This document shows, piece after piece, positions 17,618 to 27,400 of a stretch of DNA of 64,000 nucleotides. Source of the DNA: Candidatus Falkowbacteria bacterium. Its GTDB lineage: Bacteria > Patescibacteriota > Patescibacteriia > CAIXNZ01. The translations under genes and the position numbers were made by a program. The stretch lies in the NCBI GenBank assembly GCA_963774955.1, contig CAVZGV010000004.1, positions 296,716-360,715 of the forward strand. Reading direction: 5' to 3'. Each line of letters starts with the position of its first letter. The first letter of the stretch is position 1. A model generated the notes under the pieces. The model was not told the origin of the DNA and made no database searches. It saw only the letters and a program-made list of their open reading frames with translations.

Positions 17618-18316
17618 AAGCAACAACCTAACACCCCCGGGACTTTTACCGGGGGATTTTTTTATACAAAAAAACACCCCGTCAAACGAAGTGTCTTCAT
17701 CTATGCCGCTACGCGGCACTTTCCAAAATCTGCAGACAAGAATATCTGAAGAAGGAATAATCTAGCCGGAGCCGGATTGAAACCTTTTTCGGACACCCAT
17801 GCTTATCGTGCCTGCAGATTTTGAAAAACAATTTGATTAAATTGCTTCCCCAAAGTCGCCCAAAATGATGGTCATGCTGTTTTCAGGGGGAATAGAAACA
17901 GCTCTAACCGCCAATTGGACGATACTTAAACTTATCATAATACGGAAAACTTGTCAAGAGAATGACAAGTTTTCTATGTTTTTGGCTTATTTTAGAGGAA
18001 TTTTGTTTATTATTCTATTATCTGGAATTATGTTGTTTTTAAGCTAAATCTTGAATAAATCTGCCAGTCGGCTTCTTACTTTTTATAACTAAAAAGTAAG
18101 CAAAAAGTTTTGGGGGTGCTCAATGCGCTAGTGCATATGGTTAGTACGTGGTTTTGATAATGACGCTTAGTTCGCACCCCCAAACCCCCGGGGAGGGGTG
18201 AAAAACGTTTTGAGTAATAAGTTTAAGATTACTTTATGATTTTGTCTACCAGCCCATATTTAACTGCCTCTTTCCACCTTCGCTCCTGCTGGAGCTTCGG
18301 TGGATTTCGGTTTACA

Positions 18317-18922
18317 TTATTTAATAATCTTATCCACTAATCCGTATTTAACTGCCTCTTCAGCACTCATAAAAAAGTCCCGATCAGTGTCTTTTTCTAT
18401 TTTGTTAATCGGTTGGCCTGTATGATTAGCTAAAATAATGTTTAATTTGTCTTTAATTTTTAGGATATGTTCAGCTCGGATTCTAATATCAGAGGCCTGA
18501 CCTTCGGCTCCACCCATGACCTGATGGATCATGACTTCGGCATTAGGCAAAATAAGTCTTTTGCCTTTGGCTCCGCTAGCTAAAAGGACTGCACCCATTG
18601 AGGCGGCAATACCCAAGCAAATAGTAGAGACATCCGCTTTAACAAATTGCATGGTGTCATATATAGCTAAGCCCGCTGTCACTGACCCGCCCGGTGAATT
18701 GATATATAATTTAATATCTTTTTTCGAATCTTCACTGTCCAAAAAAAGCATTTGGGCAATAACGGTATTGGCCACGGCATCGTTAATCGGGGAACCCAGA
18801 AAAATAATTCGTTCTTTTAATAAGCGTGAATAAATATCATAAGCTCGTTCGCCCATGGATGATTTTTCGACTACGGTTGGGATTAAATAATCTTGAGTTT
18901 CGTTATTTTTTGATTTAGGCAT
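18317..18922 (-). CDS. clpP: ATP-dependent Clp protease proteolytic subunit
   Basis: Full-length ClpP homology (catalytic Ser in GIAASMG, His in MIHQ). Confidence 0.9.
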   Translation of the reverse strand: MPKSKNNETQDYLIPTVVEKSSMGERAYDIYSRLLKERIIFLGSPINDAVANTVIAQMLFLDSEDSKKDIKLYINSPGGSVTAGLAIYDTMQFVKADVSTICLGIAASMGAVLLASGAKGKRLILPNAEVMIHQVMGGAEGQASDIRIRAEHILKIKDKLNIILANHTGQPINKIEKDTDRDFFMSAEEAVKYGLVDKIIK

Positions 18923-19055
18923 AGAATTTTGAAGGGTAAGAAGGGCGAAGAAGGGTAAGAGGAGAAAGAAGGGTCTACACTTCTTACTCTTCTTACTCTT
19001 TTTACTCTTCTTTCTCCTTTTTAGTTATTAATTTTAAAGTTATAGTTTTGAGTTT

Positions 19056-20066
19056 TTAGATTTGAGCTTTAAGTTTATCAATTATAGCATTTATAATGTA
19101 ATTTTTCCAATCGGTATTAGCGCCCATAATTTTTCGTTCAAGCTTGAAGCCCGCCGCTTTTTTATGGCCACCGCCGCCAAACAGGCCGGCAATTTGAGAA
19201 ACATCAAGATGATCTTTGGTTGTCCGCAAACTGCCTTTAATCGTCTGCTGATCACGTTCGGTCAAAACAGCAATAAAATCAATATCTTCCAGGGTCGATA
19301 GGAAATTAGATAAGCCGTCGCTGGCCTCATCTGCTGTCATTTGATATTCAATTAAATCAGCTTGAGCAATGACTGTATAGACGAAGTTGAATTCCTGATT
19401 GAATTCCAGCTGAGAAAAAACCTTGCCCCAAAGCTTCAGACTGAGCAAGTTTTTATTTTGACTGATGCTGCTGATGATTTGGTTGGATTTGGCGCCATAA
19501 TTAAGAAGTTTCGAGGCAATTTCCAGACTGTCTTGGGTGGTAGCGCCATTAGTAAAATTCATGGTATCAGTAATAATTCCGGTCATCAGACTGGTGGCCA
19601 TAAATTTATCAATTTCCATTTTGTTAAGTGTGAAAAGTTTGTAAAAAATTTCACAGGTGGAGGAAGCACTGGGAATAACCAGGTTTAGATGACCATAGTT
19701 ATCGTTGGTCTGATGATGGTCAATATTGATTATCTTGAGCCGGTCTTTTTGTTTGAGTAACTCCTGGCTAATGCCTGTTCTGGCAATAGTGCCACAATCA
19801 ATGATTATAACCAAGTCATGGTCAGCCAAATTAATCTGCTGATAATCGGTTATCAGGTTTTCAATTTTGGCCAGATAGTTAAAGTATTCCGGCGGTTTGT
19901 CTACACAGAAATGTTTATGAGGTTTATTGTTTTTATTAAAATAATGAGCCAGAGCTAAAGATGCACCGAGGGTGTCACCATCGGGCTTTTCATGCGAAAT
20001 CAGCAGGGGATGATTGGCATTCTGGATAGCATTCAGTATTTTCGGAGCTGTTTGTCGGTAAATCAT
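19056..20066 (-). CDS. nrnA: DHH/DHHA1 phosphoesterase (NrnA-like oligoribonuclease / pAp phosphatase)
   Basis: DHH motifs HEKPDGDTLGAS, IIIDCG, NIDHHQTN; DHHA1 GGGHKKAAG. Confidence 0.8.
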   Translation of the reverse strand: MIYRQTAPKILNAIQNANHPLLISHEKPDGDTLGASLALAHYFNKNNKPHKHFCVDKPPEYFNYLAKIENLITDYQQINLADHDLVIIIDCGTIARTGISQELLKQKDRLKIINIDHHQTNDNYGHLNLVIPSASSTCEIFYKLFTLNKMEIDKFMATSLMTGIITDTMNFTNGATTQDSLEIASKLLNYGAKSNQIISSISQNKNLLSLKLWGKVFSQLEFNQEFNFVYTVIAQADLIEYQMTADEASDGLSNFLSTLEDIDFIAVLTERDQQTIKGSLRTTKDHLDVSQIAGLFGGGGHKKAAGFKLERKIMGANTDWKNYIINAIIDKLKAQI

Positions 20067-20116
20067 CTTTATTTCGTATGGTTAATTAGATGTGATAAGC
20101 GGGATTTTTAAAGGTA

Positions 20117-20455
20117 TCATTCCTGTCGAATTTCGTCAAGAATTTGATCAATTTGATTGGCATATATCTCCTGATCGTCCATTAAAAAATGGAAATTAGG
20201 AATAATTTTTGTTTCCAATTCCGCCTTGAGTAATTCGTATAAATGTCGGCGATTTTTTCTTAAAAGTTCCAAAACTGTGCCGCGCAACTTGTCAGGTAGA
20301 ATAGTGACATAGATTTTGGCGTTTTTCATATCAGGCGTGGTTTCCACTCGGGTTATAGTTACCAGGCTATTTGCAGGCAGTTCAATATCTTTAATGATAA
20401 AGCGGCCCAATTCTTGTTTGACTAGTTCGTTAATGCGTTCAATGCGTTGAGACAT
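20117..20455 (-). CDS. rbfA: ribosome-binding factor A
   Basis: Typical RbfA sequence and length (112 aa). Confidence 0.8.
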   Translation of the reverse strand: MSQRIERINELVKQELGRFIIKDIELPANSLVTITRVETTPDMKNAKIYVTILPDKLRGTVLELLRKNRRHLYELLKAELETKIIPNFHFLMDDQEIYANQIDQILDEIRQE

Positions 20456-20992
20456 AAGTATTTTTGGTTAGTGATTTATTGGTGAATGGGTTAGGATGCT
20501 GGTTTGGTGAATAGTATAGAGTGTAAAGTGTATGAACCTTAACACCTGGCACATAACACCATCCTAACTTCTTTACCTATTCACATTTCACCTGTGGATG
20601 GTGAGTAGGTTGGGATTTTAGTGGAGAGTGTATTGTACTAGGCGATTTTACCTTAACACTAAACATGACAGACTATATTTGCCTCCTTGCTTATACACTT
20701 TTGATTGCTATGAATTTGGCTAATGTTAGGGTCTTTTAATAACTAACGATTTAACCTTACATATATAGACTATCTGAAATCAGGCTTCTTGGCAACCTGT
20801 GTGGGTAATATGTGAATAAACTTAGCCATTTTCTCTTGACAACCCCCAAAGGTTTTGGTAATATTAATATCACCAGAGAGTTCCCGCTATAAATCTAAAA
20901 AAATAAGTTGCAAAATAGTGGGCTTTATTTTTACTTCTTAATTTTATAATTTTTAATAAAACTCGTCTAATAAGTGAGACGAGGTATTTTTT

Positions 20993-23900
20993 ATGTCTAG
21001 CAAAAAAAATAATACTCAAATTCAACCGGGGAATCAAACAAAGCTTGAAAAAAGAAAATTTTTCAGTAAAGAGCATGAGGCCATGGACGTGCCTGATTTG
21101 GTTGAGGTTCAAAAAAATTCTTATAACTGGTTTATAAGGGAAGGTTTGCGTGAGCTTTTTGATGAAATAACTCCGATTAAGGATTTTGGCGGACGTAATC
21201 TGGAATTAGCCTTTAAAGATTATTATCTGGATGAACCGAAGTTTGATGAAAAAACTTCCCGGGCTAAAAACATTACTTATGAAGCTTCTTTGCGAATTAA
21301 AGCTGTTTTGTCCAATAAAAAGGATGATGTGCACAAAGAACAGGAAATTTATCTGGGTGATTTTCCGGTCATGACCGATCGCGGCACTTTTATTATCAAC
21401 GGCATTGAAAGGACAGTCATTTCTCAGATTATCAGATCTGCCGGTGTTTTCTTTACCTCTAATTATACCAGAGGTAAAAGATATTACGGAGCCAAAATAA
21501 TTCCAAATCGCGGTGCTTGGCTGGAAATCGAAACTGATGCCAATAATATTTTATGGGTCAAAATTGACCGTAAAAGAAAAGTTGCCTTAACTTCGTTATT
21601 GCGTGCTTTTGGTTATTCTTCAAGCGAAGAAATTTTAGAATTATTTAAGGACGCTGACAGCAACCCCAGTGTAAAATATATTCAAAATACTTTAGCCAAA
21701 GATATTGCCAAGAATATGGATGAAGGTTTGATTGAAGTCTATAAGAGAATCAGACCAGGCGATATGGCCACTGCAGATAATGCCAAGTCCCTGATTTATT
21801 CGATGTTTTTCCGTTTTGAACGTTATGATCTGGGCAAGGTTGGACGCTATAAGATTAATCAGCGTTTCAATTTAGATTTGGCCAATATACCGGATAACAG
21901 GATTTTACGTAAAGAAGATTTATTGGAAATTATTAAGGAAATTATCCGCTTAAATATTACCCAGGTTGATTCAGACGATGTTGATCATTTATCCAACCGT
22001 CGAATCAGGTCCGTAGGCGAATTGATTCAGAATCGTTTTCGTATTGGCTTGGCTCGTATGGAAAGAATTGTCAGGGATAAAATGAGTACGGTTGATATTG
22101 AATCAATGTCTCCCAGTAAATTAGTTAATGCCAAACCGGTCATGGGTGTGGTTAAAGAATTTTTCATGTCGTCCCAATTATCGCAGTTTATGGATCAGGT
22201 AAATCCATTAGCGGAATTGGAACATAAACGCAGAATTTCAGCTATGGGCCCGGGCGGTTTATCCAGAGAACGCGCCGGGTTTGAAGTTCGTGATGTGCAC
22301 ACTACTCACTATGGCAGAATTTGTCCGATTTCTACCCCAGAAGGTCCTAATATCGGTTTAGTCGGTCAGTTATCAAGCTTTGCCAAAGTCAATGAATACG
22401 GTTTTATCGAAACTCCTTATCGTGTCGTAGAAAGAATTGCCTTGGAAGATATTAAGGATCCGGAAACAAATAAAGTAGCTATTAAAAAGGGACAAAAAGT
22501 ACCCAAGGAAATCATAGATAAACTAAGAAATAAAAACGTGGGTTTTAGCGTTAAATCCAGAGTAACAGATGATGTGGTATATTTAAACGCCTTGGCCGAA
22601 GAAAGGTCTGTAACTACTGCGGCTACGACACCGCTTGATGAGTCCGGTCATTTTATAAAACCAAAGGCCGAAGTCAGAAAATTCGGCAAACCCGATTTTA
22701 CTCCTGTCAGCCAGGTTGATTATATGGATGTAGCTTCCAATCAGATTGTCAGTATTTCCACCTCTTGTATTCCGTTTCTGGAGCATGATGATGCTGTTAG
22801 AGCTTTGATGGGCACTAATATGCAACGTCAGGCAGTTCCTTGTATTCGACCTGTCCCGCCATTAGTGGGGACTGGCATGGAAAGTATGGCGGCTTTATAT
22901 TCAGGCTACTTAGCTATAAGCAAAGCAGACGGCAAGGTTGTTAATGTTGACGGCAGTGGCATTGAAGTTTTAGAGGATAAAGGCGATTTGAAATTTTATG
23001 ATTTAAATAAATTTGAGAGATCCAACGCTTCAACCTGCATCAACCAACATCCGACAGTCCAAAAAGATGAACGAGTTAAAAAAGGACAGATAATGTCTGA
23101 TGGCCCTTCAATTGCTGAAGCGGAATTAGCCTTGGGGCAGAATGTTTTAGTGGCTTTTATGGCTTGGGGCGGTTATAACTATGAAGATGCGGTTATTATC
23201 AATGAACGGGTGGTTCAAAAAGATTATTTTACTTCTATTCATATTGAAAATTATCAGGTGGAAGTTCGTGAAACCAAGCTGGGGTCTGAAGTCGTAACTT
23301 CTGATATACCCAATATTGCCGAAGAAAAATTAAAAAATTTAGATGAAAACGGTATTGTCCGAATCGGAGCTGAAGTTTCTTCAGGCGATATTTTGGTGGG
23401 TAAAATTACGCCCAAAGGTGAAACAGAGCTTTCAGCTGAAGAAAAATTATTGAGAGCGATTTTCGGTGAAAAAGCCCGTGATGTGCGCGATAGTTCATTA
23501 TATTTGGAACACGGCGATCACGGCAAAGTTATTGATATTAAAATTTTCACTCAAGAACACGGCGATAAATTATCTCCGGGCGTAACTCAAATGGTTCAGG
23601 TGGCTGTAGCTGATTTGAGAAAAATTCAGGTTGGCGATAAAATCGCCGGCCGTCACGGTAACAAAGGTATTGTTTCTAATGTTGTGCCGGCTGAAGATAT
23701 GCCATTTTTAGCCGATGGTACTCCCATTGATTTTATCTTGAGTCCGTTGGGGGTGATCTCTCGTATGAATTTGGGACAGATATTAGAAACTCATTTAGGC
23801 TTGGCTGTTCAAAAATTAGGGTTTAAAGTCGCCACGCCGGTTTTTTATGGAGTGAGTGAGGAAAAAATAAAAGAATTATTAACCCAAGCCGGGTTTCCGG

Positions 23901-24370
23901 AAAATGGCAAGCTGACATTATATGACGGACGTACCGGTGAACCTTTCGGTAACAAGGTGACTGTCGGTTATAAATATATTTTGAAATTGAATCATATGGT
24001 GGAAGATAAGATCCATCAAAGGTCTATCGGCCCCTACTCATTGATTACCCAACAGCCTTTGGGCGGTAAAGCGCAATTCGGCGGTCAGAGATTCGGTGAA
24101 ATGGAAGTTTGGGCCCTGGAAGGTTATGGCGCGGCGCATACTTTGCAGGAAATTTTAACGATTAAGTCAGATGATGTGCCTGGTCGCGCCAAAGCGTATG
24201 AGTCCATTATTAAAGGTGAACCTATCAGAAAATTAAATATTCCCGAGTCATTCAATGTTTTGGTCCGTGAACTTAAGGGTCTTTGTTTGGATGTGGAATT
24301 ATTGGACGGAAAAAATGTAATTGATGATTCAACTAAGGAAGATCCCAAGAAAATCAGGGAAAAACAATAA
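20993..24370 (+). CDS. rpoB: DNA-directed RNA polymerase subunit beta
   Basis: 1125 aa with conserved RpoB blocks (e.g. GDKIAGRHGNKG, NMQRQAVP). Confidence 0.95.
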   Translation: MSSKKNNTQIQPGNQTKLEKRKFFSKEHEAMDVPDLVEVQKNSYNWFIREGLRELFDEITPIKDFGGRNLELAFKDYYLDEPKFDEKTSRAKNITYEASLRIKAVLSNKKDDVHKEQEIYLGDFPVMTDRGTFIINGIERTVISQIIRSAGVFFTSNYTRGKRYYGAKIIPNRGAWLEIETDANNILWVKIDRKRKVALTSLLRAFGYSSSEEILELFKDADSNPSVKYIQNTLAKDIAKNMDEGLIEVYKRIRPGDMATADNAKSLIYSMFFRFERYDLGKVGRYKINQRFNLDLANIPDNRILRKEDLLEIIKEIIRLNITQVDSDDVDHLSNRRIRSVGELIQNRFRIGLARMERIVRDKMSTVDIESMSPSKLVNAKPVMGVVKEFFMSSQLSQFMDQVNPLAELEHKRRISAMGPGGLSRERAGFEVRDVHTTHYGRICPISTPEGPNIGLVGQLSSFAKVNEYGFIETPYRVVERIALEDIKDPETNKVAIKKGQKVPKEIIDKLRNKNVGFSVKSRVTDDVVYLNALAEERSVTTAATTPLDESGHFIKPKAEVRKFGKPDFTPVSQVDYMDVASNQIVSISTSCIPFLEHDDAVRALMGTNMQRQAVPCIRPVPPLVGTGMESMAALYSGYLAISKADGKVVNVDGSGIEVLEDKGDLKFYDLNKFERSNASTCINQHPTVQKDERVKKGQIMSDGPSIAEAELALGQNVLVAFMAWGGYNYEDAVIINERVVQKDYFTSIHIENYQVEVRETKLGSEVVTSDIPNIAEEKLKNLDENGIVRIGAEVSSGDILVGKITPKGETELSAEEKLLRAIFGEKARDVRDSSLYLEHGDHGKVIDIKIFTQEHGDKLSPGVTQMVQVAVADLRKIQVGDKIAGRHGNKGIVSNVVPAEDMPFLADGTPIDFILSPLGVISRMNLGQILETHLGLAVQKLGFKVATPVFYGVSEEKIKELLTQAGFPENGKLTLYDGRTGEPFGNKVTVGYKYILKLNHMVEDKIHQRSIGPYSLITQQPLGGKAQFGGQRFGEMEVWALEGYGAAHTLQEILTIKSDDVPGRAKAYESIIKGEPIRKLNIPESFNVLVRELKGLCLDVELLDGKNVIDDSTKEDPKKIREKQ

Positions 24371-24407
24371 TTCATTTATTTTTTCATTTAATATTAAATA
24401 GTTTTAT

Positions 24408-27400
24408 ATGATTTTCAACCAAACCAAGCCATTAGAATTTGACGGCATCAGGCTCAAGCTGGCTTCTCCTGACGTGATTAGAATTTGGTCACACGGCGAA
24501 GTAACTAAGCCGGAGACGATTAATTATCGGACTCAAAAACCTGAAAAAGACGGGTTATTCTGCGAGAAAATTTTCGGACCATCAAAAGATTGGGAATGCT
24601 ATTGCGGTAAATATAAAAAGATCAGGTATAAGGGGATTATTTGCGATAAGTGCGGAGTAGAAGTTACCCATTCCATGGTCAGACGCGAACGCATGGGGCA
24701 TATAGAATTATGTTCGCCAGTTTCGCATATTTGGTTTTTGCGCGGCGTGCCTTCCCGTTTAGGATTAGTCTTGGATATTTCAGTCCAAAGTCTGGAAAAG
24801 GTCATTTATTTTGCGAGTTTCGTAATTACTTCTGTTAATCAGGACCTGAAAAATCAGGCCATGGAACAGCTGAAGGAAGAATACAAAAATAAGAAGAAAC
24901 AAATAGAGGCTAATTTCAAAAACCGGGTTAATCAGATTAAAACCAATAAAGATCTCAAGGAAAAGGAACAGGACAAAAAGATCATTGAATTGAATAAAGA
25001 AAGAGATTTGGAATCAGCTGAATTCGAAAAAGAATATGTTAAAACCGAGACGGACTTAAAGGAGCTCAAAGTAAAAAAAATTATTTCAGAAGATCAATAT
25101 CAGGATTTATCTCTTAAATTCGGCCATCTTTTTGAAGTGGCTATTGGCGCTGAAGCAGTCAGGAAATTGCTGGAAGTGATTGATTTGGAAAAAACTATAA
25201 AAAGTTTAGACGCCGAATTGGAAGAGGCGATCGGCACAAAAAAAGAAAGAGCTGTTAAACGTATTAAATTAATCAAGAATCTGGTTAAAAATAAAATCAG
25301 ACCTGAATGGATGATCTTGAATATGATTCCGGTTATCCCGCCTGATTTAAGACCGATGGTTCCTTTGGATGGCGGTCGTTTTGCCACTTCTGATTTGAAT
25401 GATTTGTATCGCCGGGTTATTAATAGGAACAACCGTTTGAAAAAATTAAAGGAACTCAACGCTCCGGAAGTTATTATCCGCAATGAGAAAAGAATGCTTC
25501 AGGAAGCTGTCGATGCTCTCTTGGATAATAGCGCCAGACATTCAAAGACAACTACGGCTTCAACCGGCCAAAAACGCCAGTTAAAATCAATTGCTGATAT
25601 TTTAAAAGGCAAGCAAGGTCGCTTTAGACAGAATTTACTGGGTAAACGTACTGATTATTCTGGCCGCAGCGTTATTGTTGTCGGTCCAAATTTAAAACTT
25701 GGCCAATGTGGCTTGCCTAAACGTATGGCGCTGGAATTATTCAAACCGTTTGTAATCAGTCAGCTTATTAAACGTGAATTTGTCCATAATATCAGAAGTG
25801 CCAATAGGTTTATTGAAAGCAACCGTCCTGAAATTTGGGATATTCTGGAAGAAATAGTTAAAGACGCCCATGTCTTATTGAATCGCGCGCCGACTTTGCA
25901 TCGCTTGGGCATCCAAGCCTTTAAACCAACTTTGATTGAGGGTAAAGCTATTCAATTACATCCTTTGGTTTGCGCTGCCTTTAATGCTGACTTTGACGGT
26001 GATCAAATGGCAGTTCATGTGCCTTTAACAGACCAAGCAAAAAATGAAGCCAAGGAATTGATGCTTTCTTCCAAGAATTTATTAAAGCCGGCAACCGGCA
26101 ATCCAATCGCTACTCCAAGAATGGATATGGTCTGGGGTTGTTATTATATAACGGAATTAAAAAAGTTAAGGGAAAATCTCAGATCTTTTGGCTCATTTGA
26201 AGAAGCAGTCTTGGCTTATAATTCAAAAATTATTACTGTTTCTGAAGAAATCGAAGCGCGTGATATTTTGCCAGGTAAAAAGAAGCCGGAAAGAATTATT
26301 ACTAATGTCGGACGCATCTTATTCAACCGTTTATTACCTCCAGAACTCGGGTTTTTCAATGAACAAGTTACCAGCAAAAATCTGGGTGATTTAATTAAAT
26401 TTTCCCTGGAAATAGTGGGTAAGGATAGAACTGCAAAATTACTTGATGACATTAAAGACCTTGGCTTTAAGTTTTTAACTTTAAGCGGTTATTCCTGGGG
26501 TATGGAGGATTTGCCGGAATTGCCTGGTAAACAGATACTAGTAGATGCTGGGGATGTGCAGATTGATGAGGTTAATGATCAATTTCAACAAGGTTTACTG
26601 ACCAAAAGTGAGCGTCATTCTAAGATCATTGAAATTTGGACCGCGGTTAAGGATAAAATCGTACAATTAGGTAAGGATTCATTGAGTAAAGAAGGTCCTG
26701 TTTTTTCCATGGTTACTTCCGGTGCTCGCGGATCCTGGACCCAGGTGACTCAGATGGTGGGTATGAAAGGCTTAGTATCCAATCCCGCAGGTGAAATTAT
26801 TGAATTGCCTGTCAAAGCCAGCTTCAAAGAAGGGTTTGATGTTTTGGAATATTTTATTTCTACTCATGGTTCCAGAAAAGGCTTATCAGATACTGCTTTG
26901 AGAACCGCTAATGCCGGTTATTTAACCCGACGTTTAGTTGATGTGTCTCAGGACGTAGTCGTTCGGGAGGAAGATTGCGGTGATAAAAAAGGCATGCTTT
27001 ATACTAAAAAAGACAGCGATGAAATCGGAGTTAATATCATGGAGCGCGTCTGGGGCAGAGTCAGTCTGGAAAAAATCACTGATCCAAAAACAAACGAAGT
27101 AATCGTTGATAAAGATCAATTAATTACTGAGGCAGTGGTGCGTAAATTACTACCTTTAGATTTGGAACAGATTACTGTCCGCTCGGTTCTGACCTGTAAA
27201 ATGACCAAAGGACTATGCACCAAATGTTATGGCTACGATCTCGGTTATAATGAAATGGTTAAATTAGGCGTAGCCGTCGGTATTATCGCGGCTCAAAGTA
27301 TTGGTGAACCAGGCACTCAGCTGACGATGAGAACTTTCCATACCGGTGGTGTGGCTGGTACTGATATCACTCAAGGTTTACCTCGGGTGGAAGAACTTTT

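Noticed and set aside
16859-17719. ORF 16859..17719 (-) 286 aa and other antisense ORFs inside the acidic-protein genes, rpoB, rpoC, coaC fusion and the giant toxin gene
   Set aside because: Antisense shadows of well-supported genes.
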